A stretch of DNA of 64,000 nt. It comes from an uncultured Desulfarculus sp. (GTDB taxonomy: Bacteria; Desulfobacterota; Desulfarculia; Desulfarculales; Desulfarculaceae). The stretch is from the NCBI GenBank assembly GCA_963665125.2, contig CAXXUK010000001.1, positions 3,616,001-3,680,000 of the forward strand, written 5' to 3'. The notes below the pieces were generated by a model, which was given only the letters and a program-made list of their open reading frames with translations, made no database searches and was not told the origin of the DNA. Shown in pieces: positions 53,023 to 63,872 of the stretch. Made by a program: the position numbers and the translations under genes. Position 1 is the stretch's first letter; every line of letters begins with the position of its first letter.

Positions 53023-53865
53023 TTATTTTTTCTCTATCGAACCTGTTCCGGAAATTTCCTTTTTTACATTTTCAGGGTTGCCGTAATAATCGACACTGCC
53101 TGCGCCGGATATTTCCACATTCAGATTTTTTGATGCATATACCTGGGCACTGCCTGCCCCACTGATGGAAATGTCCACATCATCAGTTTTTAAATCCTTC
53201 ATCTCTATGGAACCGGTCCCTGAGAGATTTACTTTTACTTTTTCACATTCTCCTTCGGCTTTGATATTGGAAGCTCCGCTGGATTCGAAGTCCAGTTCTT
53301 TGCACCCGGCGGATTTGATATCAACTTCGCCTGCTCCGCTCTGAGATATTTTAACATTCTCATTCTTCAGATTTATTATCTTGACATTTGCAGCCCCGGA
53401 TGCACTCAATTCATCGAGTTTTTCCAGGGAGATTTTAATGTCGGCTTTATTTTTATCGAAGGGATTGCCTAAAGAAGTAATATGAAGCGTATCGCCCTGG
53501 ACTTCCGTCTCTATGGAAGAAATCAGGGTGCTGTCAGCCGATATTTCCACTTTCTGCTCCTTGCCGCATTCAATTTCCACATTGCCGGCTCCGTCGACCG
53601 CTATCCTGGTAAAGGGAGCAAGTTCACGAAAGTTTGAAGTGATATTTCCGGCTTTTTCAGCCTTATCAGGCTTACTTTTGAAGAGCTTGCCCAAAAGGGT
53701 TCCTCCTATCATCAGTGTCCCCGCCAGAAAGAAGAAAGCTACCAGTAAGGCAATGAGGCTGTACATAAGGCAATTGCTCTTCGGTTTTGGAGCATTCTTC
53801 AGGTCAGCTTCCAATGCAGCCCTGTTTTTTTCGTTCTCCGACATATACTCGTTTTGATTCTCCAT
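53023..53865 (-). CDS. GIN-domain (DUF2807-like) membrane-anchored beta-helix protein
   Basis: Repeated SGAG/SGAS units and YYGNP. Confidence 0.8.
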   Translation of the reverse strand: MENQNEYMSENEKNRAALEADLKNAPKPKSNCLMYSLIALLVAFFFLAGTLMIGGTLLGKLFKSKPDKAEKAGNITSNFRELAPFTRIAVDGAGNVEIECGKEQKVEISADSTLISSIETEVQGDTLHITSLGNPFDKNKADIKISLEKLDELSASGAANVKIINLKNENVKISQSGAGEVDIKSAGCKELDFESSGASNIKAEGECEKVKVNLSGTGSIEMKDLKTDDVDISISGAGSAQVYASKNLNVEISGAGSVDYYGNPENVKKEISGTGSIEKK

Positions 53866-53886
53866 AATTCTCAACTCCAGTAAATT

Positions 53887-54645
53887 TTACTTTGCAGATT
53901 CAGGTTTTCCCACCTTGAATTTCTTCAGGATAAATGTAGCTCCTGCCGTTGAATCCATAGGATGGAGAGGAGTGCCCACTATTGTTGTTTCCTTGACCAT
54001 TCCCACTCCCTTTGCAAACCAACGGATGGTTTTTAACTTGTCTCCCCTTGTGTTTTCCTGATATACTTCAAGTCTGAAGCAGTTGAAATCACCTGCCTCA
54101 GTCTTAACAATTTCATTACCGGTTATCTCAAAAATATTGAAGCCTTTGAGTTTTTTCAGAGAGTTATCTTCCCATTCCCAGGATAATCCGTTTTTTAATG
54201 GGAATTTCAGAAGCAGATCCGGAGGTTGGGGAAAGAATTCTTTTGGCCCCATTGGGGTGAAGATTTCTCTCTTCCTGGAATATATGCCGTCACCGGGCCG
54301 GACTTCCAGGTAGTCTCTTCGGTTGATTCTGTTTCCCACAGAAGTCTCATAGATAAAGCAATTTACACCGTCAATCTTTGCTTTACCTGTAACTTTTATT
54401 GTTATGTCCGGTGCATCGGGGTCTTTGACAGACATTCCATAAATCCACCAGTTACCGGGCTGTAGCGGGAAATATTCTGATCTTCCATTTGTCTGAGAGG
54501 AAGAAGATTTTTTATCTGAACCCCTGATTCCCGGTTCTATGTTAATTTTCTTTTGTGCATAAGAAAGAGTGACCATGTTATTAAATAGAAACGCTGCAGT
54601 TAATATTATTAACACCGTCAAAAAGTATCGGATTTTTCTTTTCAT
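53887..54645 (-). CDS. Secreted hypothetical protein, paralog of the neighbour
   Basis: YFPLQPGNWWIY, VKTEAGDF, WFAKGVGMVKE. Confidence 0.75.
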   Translation of the reverse strand: MKRKIRYFLTVLIILTAAFLFNNMVTLSYAQKKINIEPGIRGSDKKSSSSQTNGRSEYFPLQPGNWWIYGMSVKDPDAPDITIKVTGKAKIDGVNCFIYETSVGNRINRRDYLEVRPGDGIYSRKREIFTPMGPKEFFPQPPDLLLKFPLKNGLSWEWEDNSLKKLKGFNIFEITGNEIVKTEAGDFNCFRLEVYQENTRGDKLKTIRWFAKGVGMVKETTIVGTPLHPMDSTAGATFILKKFKVGKPESAK

Positions 54646-54662
54646 TTGATATCCTCCCCGTG

Positions 54663-55472
54663 TCAGGACCCGGGTTTAAATTCCTTTAAAACAGTAGTGG
54701 AAGTCAATTTCTCCAGTTCCACGATTTCTTTAACCATGCCGGTCCCCTTTACATACCATTGGAGAGCACTGAATTCAGCTCCTGCCGCATTACCTTCGGG
54801 AGCTGAATTTCCTCCATGAGATTCGATTTTAAGAGCAGTGAATTTTCCTGCCGGAGTCTCAACTTCTTCTTCACCCCTCACCAAAAAAACAGCACTCTGG
54901 GTCATTCCCCCCATGTCTGCGCTTCTTGTCCAGCTTTTCCCGGGAGTAAGGGGAAACTCCATAATAACCTGTGGAGGATCGAGTTTTGCTTCTGTCATCT
55001 GCAAGTTGCCAACTTTGGGGTTGAATACGAAAAAATCCTGCCTGTGAAGGAGTAAGCCTTTCTCCGGGTTTACTTCATAGTATTCTCTTGGGTTCTGATC
55101 CTGGTTTGTAACCGTTTCTTTTATGAAACAGTTGACTCCCCCGATATCCTGAACTCCTGCAATTTTAAAGGTAATCTCGGATTTGGAATCCTTTTCATTC
55201 GGTGTTGACTTCTCAGTGTTTTCTCCATCAGTCTTTTCCTTTTCAGGTTTTGCTGACTCGGTGGGAGAATCGGTCTTTGTTTTTTCAACTTCTTTACCAT
55301 CAGAGTCTTTGGACTTTGTTTCCACTATGTATGTCCACTGATTTCCATTTTTGAAATTCAGGTAATCCTCAGATTTTGTTCCCGTTTTCTGTGAACAGGA
55401 AGACGCAATGAATGCTACGATTACAAAAAGGGACAATATGATTGTATTTAATACATGTTTCAGCTTAACCAT
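54663..55472 (-). CDS. Putative lipoprotein, paralog of the neighbour
   Basis: Lipobox-like ASSC, GNQWTY, VETPAGKF, WYVKGTGMVKE. Confidence 0.75.
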   Translation of the reverse strand: MVKLKHVLNTIILSLFVIVAFIASSCSQKTGTKSEDYLNFKNGNQWTYIVETKSKDSDGKEVEKTKTDSPTESAKPEKEKTDGENTEKSTPNEKDSKSEITFKIAGVQDIGGVNCFIKETVTNQDQNPREYYEVNPEKGLLLHRQDFFVFNPKVGNLQMTEAKLDPPQVIMEFPLTPGKSWTRSADMGGMTQSAVFLVRGEEEVETPAGKFTALKIESHGGNSAPEGNAAGAEFSALQWYVKGTGMVKEIVELEKLTSTTVLKEFKPGS

Positions 55473-56011
55473 TAGAAATCCTCATTCTCCAGATAATTCA
55501 TCACAGGACTTATGCATTTTTTATTCCGAGCTTGCCGGGGAATCTCACAAGTATGGGGATCAATTAAAAGATCCTTCGATTTAACTCAGACATCGGCTAT
55601 ATGGGCTATATGTTTGTAAATTCTTAGAATAAACTTTTAAAGAACCTTTTACAGCCAATGCTTAGAACTTACCGCCAGTGGAAATAGGATGTCGGATGAA
55701 AGGAATTGAAAGTGCCTTCCATCGCCACTCTCTCTACAGACAGGGCATAGCGACAGGCTTTCCTTTTGTCTGATTTCTATTTTCCATACTCTTATATCAG
55801 GATTACATATTGACGGCGTTTCTCTTAAAAATGCTTAAGTACTGTTATCAGATATTTGTATTGTACATCATTTTTAAAAAAAATGCCAGATTTCGCAAGT
55901 ATTTTCAGGTAACCATAATAAAATTTCTCAAAACTCACAGGGTTCCTTTAAGATGAATAGAAATAAAGTTAAAATCGAGGGGATTTCCCCGATAATATGA
56001 GGTGTAACAGA

Positions 56012-56581
56012 ATGGAAAAAATCAGTATAGGAAATAATGTTTCCCCGTTTCCCATGCCTGTAACTCTGGTTGGAGCATTATTCAACGGCTCTCCCAATTT
56101 TATGGCGGTATCCTGGATATCAAGGGTTAATAACAATCCACCCTTAATTGCTGTGGCAATAAACAGAACCCATGTTACCCATCATGCCATAAAAGAAAAT
56201 GAAACATTCAGTATTAACCTTCCCGGTGAAGAGCTTCTGTTAAAAACTGATTACTGCGGTATCAAATCAGGGAAAAAGGTTGATAAATCAAAGCTTTTCG
56301 AAGTTTTTTACGGTGAACTGGAAACAGCCCCCATGATTAAAGAATGCCCCCTGTGTCTGGAATGTGTTCTGGTGGACTCCGTCGCTTACGAAACCAACGA
56401 ATTGTTCGTAGGGCAGATCGTTCAGGGTTTCAGTTCAGAGAAATATCTTACTGACGGGAAACCTGATGTGAAGAAAATGAATCCTTTTATTCTCACAATG
56501 CCCGACAACACATACTACAGTATGGGTAAACCCATCGGTAAGGCATGGAAATCCGGATTGGAGCTGGATAAGGAGAAATAG
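56012..56581 (+). CDS. Flavin reductase family protein (flavoredoxin-like)
   Basis: PMPVTLVG, PNFMAV, DYCGIKSG, APMIKECPLCLEC. Confidence 0.9.
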   Translation: MEKISIGNNVSPFPMPVTLVGALFNGSPNFMAVSWISRVNNNPPLIAVAINRTHVTHHAIKENETFSINLPGEELLLKTDYCGIKSGKKVDKSKLFEVFYGELETAPMIKECPLCLECVLVDSVAYETNELFVGQIVQGFSSEKYLTDGKPDVKKMNPFILTMPDNTYYSMGKPIGKAWKSGLELDKEK

Positions 56582-56588
56582 TATTTCA

Positions 56589-58169
56589 ATGAAACCCCGG
56601 TTTTATCTTTTATTCTCGGCGATCATTCTTTTAGTTGGGTGCATCGGTGGGATCGTTTTCAGAGCCCCTATGAAGATGTATCCAATAAAGTTTGTCTGCA
56701 AAGACGGTAAAATGGGATATGCAAAGGTATATATTCCTGATACTCCTGAATCGGGCAAAAAATACCCTATTGTTTATTTGTGTCCGGGAATAATAACTCC
56801 TCATGATCGTATGGATTATATAGCAGGGGAACTTTGTCGCAGGGGGTATGCCGCCTGTTCGGTTTTCATTCCCCTGTGGCAGCCGCGGAAAAACCTGGAC
56901 ACTTTAAGATCTGCTATGAAATATGTCCGGGAAAATTATGGCATGATTGACCATAATAAAGCTGCAACCCTGGGGCATTCCCTTGGAGGAACCACAGCCG
57001 TTGACGCTTCACTACAGGACCCTGCCATACAGGCTTGTTCATCGGTGGGATTTTATATTGGTGGTGAATTGACTCTGCAGCCAAAAAACCTGCTTCTGGC
57101 AACGGGCGCACATGATGATCTAAATGATCCTGTAAAATTGAGAAGTTCCATAGCATCCCTCACCGATGGAAGAATTGCTGAAGAAGATATCCTGGTGGGT
57201 GATTTCAAAGACAAATCCGCACGATACCTGTTTATTTCACCTTTCTCCGCGCATCACTCGGAAATGGTGGACTTTTACATAACCCAACAATTTCTCAACT
57301 GGCTCCACCTTTCCCTTTATGGAACTCCGGAACCTAACCTGGATATATATTTTGTAAAATATATCATCTTTGGTCAGATTCTGATGGCAGGTTTATATCT
57401 ATGTCTTGTTCCCTTACTAATGTTTCTTGGGATAAAAATGGGGAAGAATTTTGGAAAGCTTATCCTTGCTATTCTTGTTCTTTCCACACTGGCTCTGGCA
57501 TTTGCCCCTATTCCCCCTGTTCCTTTTGCACGGGGAACAGTTTTCCTTTTTCTTGCATTTATAACCTCAACGTATTATTTGAAAAAACATTGTAACAATT
57601 TTAACGATTCATATGGTGATTTTCTTGTTTTCGTGAAAAAAGCTTTTATTCTGGTGATTCTCTTTGTTATGGCAATGATTGTGAGTCAGTTTGTTTTCTC
57701 ACTGAAACTTCTCCTTCAAAAGAAGGAATACCTGATGGGATTTCCCGGTTACATTATGGTTACTTTTCAGCTGGTTTCCTGTAATATCGCCCTTTCTGCC
57801 GTAAATTTTCTAAAACAGGTTGTCCCCTGGATATACCTGATCCTCTTTTCTCCTCTGTTATTGATTATTGGATGGGAAATTAAATACCCCGGCCGGTTTG
57901 GAGATCTCCTTGTTAATTGGCTTAATAAGATCGAGAGTTTCTGCCGCTTTAAAAAAGGAGTCAAGATCACTGGAAAACAGGTGACAATTTTACTGATTCT
58001 CCTGGTTCTTGCGGTTCTGTCGTGGTTCAGCCTCTATAGAGCAGGACTGTTCAAACCTATAATCATGGGACAATATTCCGGCTTTATTGTTCGTTACATT
58101 GCTTTGCCTATTCTGCTTTTTGTGTTGTTTCAGAAAATTAAAATTGTAAAGAAGAGTCTGGGAAATTAA
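56589..58169 (+). CDS. Alpha/beta hydrolase fused to a multi-TM C-terminal region
   Basis: GHSLGG nucleophile elbow followed by several TM helices. Confidence 0.75.
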   Translation: MKPRFYLLFSAIILLVGCIGGIVFRAPMKMYPIKFVCKDGKMGYAKVYIPDTPESGKKYPIVYLCPGIITPHDRMDYIAGELCRRGYAACSVFIPLWQPRKNLDTLRSAMKYVRENYGMIDHNKAATLGHSLGGTTAVDASLQDPAIQACSSVGFYIGGELTLQPKNLLLATGAHDDLNDPVKLRSSIASLTDGRIAEEDILVGDFKDKSARYLFISPFSAHHSEMVDFYITQQFLNWLHLSLYGTPEPNLDIYFVKYIIFGQILMAGLYLCLVPLLMFLGIKMGKNFGKLILAILVLSTLALAFAPIPPVPFARGTVFLFLAFITSTYYLKKHCNNFNDSYGDFLVFVKKAFILVILFVMAMIVSQFVFSLKLLLQKKEYLMGFPGYIMVTFQLVSCNIALSAVNFLKQVVPWIYLILFSPLLLIIGWEIKYPGRFGDLLVNWLNKIESFCRFKKGVKITGKQVTILLILLVLAVLSWFSLYRAGLFKPIIMGQYSGFIVRYIALPILLFVLFQKIKIVKKSLGN

Positions 58170-58247
58170 CAGAATTGCTCTTCAGACGGTTTTTCTCTGA
58201 CAAAGAAAGAGGAGTTAATCCAAGAGGCAGGCTGAAAGTTAATGAGA

Positions 58248-60023
58248 TCAGCCCTGTATCAGGGGAAGGGTGAAATGAAAAGTGGTTCCTGTGGGAGGCT
58301 CCGAGTGGACTCCTATGGTTCCGTTCAGATTTTCTATAATCTGACGGCAAATTGCCAAACCCAAACCGAAACCTCCGCCATGCCTGGCTCTTGCCCTGTC
58401 AGCTCTGAAGAAACGTTCGAATACTCTTTCCATATTTTCAGGTGATATGCCCGGCCCTGTGTCTTCCACTTCCACACGACAGAAATTATCTTTTTTCATA
58501 AGTCTGACTATAATTTTTTCTCCTTCAGGGGTGTAACGCATGGCATTATCGATGAGGTTTATCAGCACCTGCTGAACTCTGTCCATGTTTGCATAAGCGG
58601 GAGTATCACATTTCAGGTCGGCAATAATGAGAATCTGTTTTTTTCTTGCCTGGGGTGTAAGTCTCTTTAAGACTTGAGTGGTCAGGTATTCCATATTAAC
58701 CGGATGCTTTTCCATTTTAACCATACCCGATTCCATTTTGGAAAGGTCCAGGAGATCTTTAACCAATCTTGTGAGGCGGTCAACTTCCTTGTTGATGGAA
58801 TCGAGAAATTCTTCCGCCCTGTCTTCTTTTAAAGCTCCATCCAGGAGAAGTTCCGCCAATCCTTTGATGGATGCCAGGGGTGTTCTTAATTCGTGGGAGA
58901 CATTGGATACAAACTCTGTTTTCATCTGATCCAGTCTGCGGAATTCCGTAACATCGTTCAGAATGATAACCATTCCGATGGGTCTGGAAGTTTTTGAAAA
59001 CAGAGGTGTAATATGGGCATCCACAGCTCTTTCTTCAGGGAATTCCTCCAGCTGTCCATGGACTTCCTTGTGATTTTCCGAGTCTTCCAGCAGGTGAAGA
59101 AGGGAATGACCCGGCATGACTCTGGAAATATTTTTTCCGAGGATTTCCGAATCTCTGAGTCCCAGTAGTTTCATAGCGGTGTTGTTTATCATTATTATGG
59201 ATCCTGAGATGTCCACCACGACCACTCCTCCCGCCATGTTGTCAATTATAGCGGAGAGCTTGTTTCTCTCATCCATGAGGGCTTCCAGGGTTCCCTGAAG
59301 TTTTTCAGCCATCATGTTGAATCGTTCCGCAAGAACACCGATTTCATTTCTGCCTGTTACTCCTGCTCTTTGATTCAGTTCTCCTCTTGCCATGTTTTCT
59401 GCAACCCTTGTTATCTCTGTAATGGGTTTTGTGATGTAGTGGGAAAATACTATGGCAAGAATCAGTGAAACCGCCAGTGAAATTAGGAACCCTGTAAAGA
59501 AGCGGTTTCTCAGTTCCAAAATGATGCTCTGCAGATATGTTTTTGATCGGGAAACATAGACAACGCCGATCACTCTGGTCTCCTTACCGTCGCTGGATGT
59601 TTCCTTGATGGGGTATGCACTGGAAAGATAGTCTTCCATATCCCCTGCGGCAGGTTTCCCCTTCATTGCTGATTTGACTTCGCTTCTCAGGTAGATGTTG
59701 GGATCGTAAGGGATGCTCTGGGGCCAGTTCCATACAGGAGAACCCCTCTCGCTAAGAATCACCACCTGGGATCCTGTCTGGTTGGATAGTCGCGTTATAA
59801 TACCCCGATAGAAATATGTCTCTTTTCGGGTTAATGTCTCCAGCTGCTGCGTTCTGGGCCAGGCTTCAGCTATGGTGTAAGCCTGGGTGAAGAGTTCGTT
59901 CCCTGTGTATCTTGTAAAATAATCGTCAAGATAACCCAGGAGATACGATCCCAGAACACCCATGGAGAAAATAATTATAAGAAAATATGTTAACGTGAGT
60001 TCCCATGCTAATTTACGAAACAT
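58248..60023 (-). CDS. Membrane sensor histidine kinase (HAMP-PAS-HisKA-HATPase, WalK/PhoR-like)
   Basis: VSHELRTPL, NLIDNA, DTGPG, FERFFR, GLGL. Confidence 0.93.
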   Translation of the reverse strand: MFRKLAWELTLTYFLIIIFSMGVLGSYLLGYLDDYFTRYTGNELFTQAYTIAEAWPRTQQLETLTRKETYFYRGIITRLSNQTGSQVVILSERGSPVWNWPQSIPYDPNIYLRSEVKSAMKGKPAAGDMEDYLSSAYPIKETSSDGKETRVIGVVYVSRSKTYLQSIILELRNRFFTGFLISLAVSLILAIVFSHYITKPITEITRVAENMARGELNQRAGVTGRNEIGVLAERFNMMAEKLQGTLEALMDERNKLSAIIDNMAGGVVVVDISGSIIMINNTAMKLLGLRDSEILGKNISRVMPGHSLLHLLEDSENHKEVHGQLEEFPEERAVDAHITPLFSKTSRPIGMVIILNDVTEFRRLDQMKTEFVSNVSHELRTPLASIKGLAELLLDGALKEDRAEEFLDSINKEVDRLTRLVKDLLDLSKMESGMVKMEKHPVNMEYLTTQVLKRLTPQARKKQILIIADLKCDTPAYANMDRVQQVLINLIDNAMRYTPEGEKIIVRLMKKDNFCRVEVEDTGPGISPENMERVFERFFRADRARARHGGGFGLGLAICRQIIENLNGTIGVHSEPPTGTTFHFTLPLIQG

Positions 60024-60293
60024 AGCATTTTCTTTCGACTCTGCTGAAATTTTGTCCTTTTTTGCCGGAAATATATAAACTATACTTTAAGAAATGTCCC
60101 GGATCTGTGTAATATGAATTGAGACACAGGTTAACTCAACAGGAAAAAAAGGTGATGGGTGTTCTCCGGCATGTTTTGAGTAAGCAATTGTTCCTGAATC
60201 TCCATATTGTTATTTGCCCCTTTCTATGTTATCATCAAAAATAGAAATTCGTATTTGATATTGGATAAATCAATAATCGGAGGTGGGTAGTCA

Positions 60294-61286
60294 ATGAAAT
60301 ATTCTATTGTTTGGGGAAAGAAATACCTGTATCTTTTTGTTATTACTCTTTTATTGTTTTTAATTAGTTCTTCCGCTTTTGCCCAGCAAAAGGTCTATAC
60401 TCCCGAAGAGATTCAGAGGAAAGTGCGGGACATGGAGAGTCTGAACCTGCTTAAAGGTTTAAACCTCAGCCCTCAGCAGATGAAGGATCTTCTGCCGCTC
60501 CTTTACGATTCCAGACTTGTCGAACAGGAAGTCTACGAAGGCTATAAGAAAGACAGCATTAAAGCTGCCAAAATGCTGGATATGCTGAAGGAAAAACTCA
60601 AGAGAGACCAGGGCATTGATGTGAAAACTGAGGAGTCGGTCTGGTTCTCACTGGGAACGCTTTATGAATATGAGTATGACCAATACCGGACAATGGAAAG
60701 GCTTATAAAGGATACCCACAAAATTCTGAATGAGAATCAGTTACGAATTATTTCTGATTATATGCCCTGTGTGATACCCTGGAGCACGGTAAAAGCTCCC
60801 GACAGAATCGGCCAATCGGGGAGTATAGCAAAATTGGAGACACTCCTGGATCATCTGAGAACACTGAAAGGTAAAGCTTATAAGGAAGCCAAGAGAGATT
60901 TTCTGGTGGAACTGGACTGGAGAATGAGGATCGACCGTCGGGAAGACGACAGAGTCCGACAGATTCTGGTAAGGGAAGTCGACAGTAAGCTGGAAGAGAT
61001 ACACCGTATGCCGGAAAACGAATATCAGATAAGAAAGACGGATCTGGCTCAATCTGTTCGTCCTCCTGATCTGGAAATACTTCCGCCCCGTGTGGGAGAA
61101 GATCTGGATGAATATATCGCCGAGTATATTCTGAACCCTGCCAACATCGAGTATCTGCAGTTCCAGCTGGAAGCCCAGGGAATCAAGGATTATCCAAAAC
61201 AGGATGATGAGATAGATGAAGATGTAAATAAGGACTTGAATGGAGATGATCACGAAAAGGATACAAAGTTCAAGGTGGAGGATTAG
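60294..61286 (+). CDS. Secreted helical hypothetical protein
   Basis: ggaggt RBS, signal peptide ending AFA, LNLSPQQ motif. Confidence 0.75.
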   Translation: MKYSIVWGKKYLYLFVITLLLFLISSSAFAQQKVYTPEEIQRKVRDMESLNLLKGLNLSPQQMKDLLPLLYDSRLVEQEVYEGYKKDSIKAAKMLDMLKEKLKRDQGIDVKTEESVWFSLGTLYEYEYDQYRTMERLIKDTHKILNENQLRIISDYMPCVIPWSTVKAPDRIGQSGSIAKLETLLDHLRTLKGKAYKEAKRDFLVELDWRMRIDRREDDRVRQILVREVDSKLEEIHRMPENEYQIRKTDLAQSVRPPDLEILPPRVGEDLDEYIAEYILNPANIEYLQFQLEAQGIKDYPKQDDEIDEDVNKDLNGDDHEKDTKFKVED

Positions 61287-61513
61287 CAGGGCCTGATCCC
61301 GGAATTTTGTTTGCCTGATAGTGGAGTATAAGAGTGAATATAAGAATAAGGCGTGTCTGACCTGAATGAAAATTTCGCAGGTTGACAGGCCTTTTTTCAT
61401 TCTGGAGTTTACGGATCAGGGACGGAAGGATATTTAAGAAACCGGAAACAGGAAGTTTCAGGGAGTAACTCCATAACTTATGATATCACATATAAAAAGT
61501 TATGAAGAACCAT

Positions 61514-61966
61514 TTATTTTTTGCCCTCATAAAGCATAGATGTTAATGTGATTTTTGACCAATCGGATTTTTTGGCGGGTTTTTCCGGCTCCGGCATGAT
61601 TTGGTCTTTATCAGGTTTTTCCTGCTTAGGACCTCTTTCCGTTTCCGCTCTTGGGAAGACATGGATATCAGGTGCTCCCTTGATGAATCCCACTTTGTTT
61701 CCGCCATGATCCCAGATAACACCGTCTTCAAACCAACCCAGGTGTTTTCCGTTGAAGCCGTAGATGTTGTGATATCTGCCGTTTTTCACCAGGTAAGCCA
61801 GGGGAGTGCCATCCCAGACATAGATGGCCGAATCGCTTTCTGCGCTGATATATGCGACGGGATTACCCCAGAAATCATAAAGGTTCAATTCATCTGCTAT
61901 AGCCGGTAGTACTGCCATTATAAGAAAAATTACAATTGCCGGAAATAAAACGACTTGCTTCTTCAT
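61514..61966 (-). CDS. Secreted protein with short beta-repeat (beta-flower-like) domain
   Basis: Signal peptide and YDFWGNPVAY / WDGTPLAY / FNGKHLGW / HGGNKVGF repeats. Confidence 0.65.
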   Translation of the reverse strand: MKKQVVLFPAIVIFLIMAVLPAIADELNLYDFWGNPVAYISAESDSAIYVWDGTPLAYLVKNGRYHNIYGFNGKHLGWFEDGVIWDHGGNKVGFIKGAPDIHVFPRAETERGPKQEKPDKDQIMPEPEKPAKKSDWSKITLTSMLYEGKK

Positions 61967-61983
61967 TATTCAAACTCCATTTG

Positions 61984-62898
61984 CTAAATTGGTTCGTTGA
62001 GTCTTCCCGTTAGAAGGTTTGTTACAGCCCTGTTAAATCTTCGACGGGAATTCCTGAAAAACATTCCCATCCTGTATTTCATAGTTTTATGCGTTTTATC
62101 CAGATAAGCTTTATGTGCCACTATATGATCATATAATATGTCAATCGAATGAAATCTGTCATCCGGGTTATTCTGCAGGCATTTTGTCAGAATCTGCTCA
62201 ATATTGTCCGACAGGAAAGGGTTGATAGTGGAAATGGGTGGGAAGTTGAACTGATACTGTGTCGGTTCCTCCAGTGTAAGAGCATGAAAAAGAGTTGCTC
62301 CGAATGAGTAGATATCCGATCGGGGAGTGGTTTGCCCTCTTCCATACTGCTCCGGCGGACAATATCCCGGAGTGCCCAGCGGTGTGGTATCTCTGGGTTT
62401 CATGGGGTTAAAATGCCTTGCGATGCCCAGATCGATGAGTTTTAGTTCACCTGGAACCGTAATCATGATGTTTGCCGGTTTAAGATCACGGTAGACAATG
62501 GGCGGATCCTGTCTGTGGAGATAAGAGAGAACCCTGCAAATCTGTATGCCATATTCCACAATCTCGATCTCAGGCACAGGTTCTTCCGCTTTCTGGATGA
62601 TATCTTCCAGTGTGGGGCCTTCCACTCTTTCCATTACCAGAAAATCCCATCCATCCTCTACGAAATAGTCAGCCAGATAAACAAGATTTTCGTGAGAAAG
62701 AGAAGAAAGGAACGAAATTTCCCGGAAAAGGGAATCCCGTTCGTCATCGGTGGGGGAGTGGGTGAGCTGTTTTAAAGCCCATACCAGCCCTACATCTTTC
62801 TTGTCCCTTACAAGGTAAACTGTGGAAGTAGCTCCTTCACCCAGGTGACGGACAATTTCATAACGATGATTGACAATTGTTCCTGTTTTAAAATCCAT
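61984..62898 (-). CDS. Serine/threonine protein kinase
   Basis: LGEGATSTVY, ALK, YRDLKPAN, DLG, GTPGYCPPEQ, DIYSFG. Confidence 0.93.
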   Translation of the reverse strand: MDFKTGTIVNHRYEIVRHLGEGATSTVYLVRDKKDVGLVWALKQLTHSPTDDERDSLFREISFLSSLSHENLVYLADYFVEDGWDFLVMERVEGPTLEDIIQKAEEPVPEIEIVEYGIQICRVLSYLHRQDPPIVYRDLKPANIMITVPGELKLIDLGIARHFNPMKPRDTTPLGTPGYCPPEQYGRGQTTPRSDIYSFGATLFHALTLEEPTQYQFNFPPISTINPFLSDNIEQILTKCLQNNPDDRFHSIDILYDHIVAHKAYLDKTHKTMKYRMGMFFRNSRRRFNRAVTNLLTGRLNEPI

Positions 62899-63424
62899 GG
62901 ATATATAATAATAAAATATCTGTCAAATGTCCATAATTTTTTGGGAGAATTATGCTTATTCTCAATATCAGGACAACCTGGTTTTGCCTCTGTTTTTTTT
63001 CCTGTAACTCCTTGAAAAATAGAGCCTTCCGGTCTGTGATATCTTCAACGGGATATAGATAACTGTATTGATATTCTTCCCCTTCCCCCGGAACTTCTCG
63101 GTACAAATCAAGCCTCTCACCTGTTCTGGTACTTTCTCATTATGGAGTTATCTGATAGGAATGAGGAGACCATATAGTCGGAAATGCCTGACAATGTCAT
63201 TTAAAATCTCTCGAAGATCCCGAAAAAAGTCAAAAAAAAGGACCCCTCGTCTGCTTGAGAGGCCACGAATATAGTGCATCTTCTAGCGATATTATATATG
63301 GCTTTATGATTTCTGTCAATTTTAAGGTTGAAAAATATCTCAGGAGATCGGCATAGGATATGTTTAAGAAATTTTGGTATTTTGTTAAAATTATTTTTGC
63401 CTTTTTTGGGATAGTTCCTTACAC

Positions 63425-63787
63425 GATAGTGTAGAATAATCCAGTGAATTTATTTCCTTCATTTAACTTCCGATTCTGAATCACAGGTATCCCCATTCGT
63501 ATTCGGTTAAGGAAAAATAAAGCGAAAACCGGTAGGTCCGTTCTCCAGAACGGACTCCCGATTCCGAAATGAGGCATAAAATGGACGCTCTGGAGAGCGT
63601 CGCTACCGGATCTCCATATTTCTTACAGCCTGGGGCAGGGACTCCGGACAACCCGGTTTATTCCGGGTAACATGGCGGAATGGGTCCGCCATCCCTTATC
63701 CGAATGCCAATGAGGGCATCCCTGCCTGTGATTCAGAGCCGGAAGTAAATTAAAAGGGATAAATTCACTGGATTTTTTTACATTATC
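63425..63787. repeat. Long imperfect inverted repeat enclosing MITE copy D
   Basis: aatccagtgaatttat / ataaattcactggatt and tctgaatcacagg / cctgtgattcaga arms. Confidence 0.8.
63494..63712 (-). mobile_element. MITE copy D (219 bp, reverse orientation, different internal REP doublet)
   Basis: Ends cattcgtattcggttaagg / ccttatccgaatgccaatg. Flanks caggtatccc / agggcatccc (7/10 identical). Confidence 0.7.
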
Positions 63788-63872
63788 TCCCGACACCTGA
63801 ATTGGAATATTTCATTTACAAAATACTACAATTTAGTTATAATTGTTGTAAGTGAATGGGGGGGATCCCTGT

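Noticed and set aside
62888..63274. Short ORFs upstream of the kinase
   Set aside because: No convincing RBS or recognisable motif.
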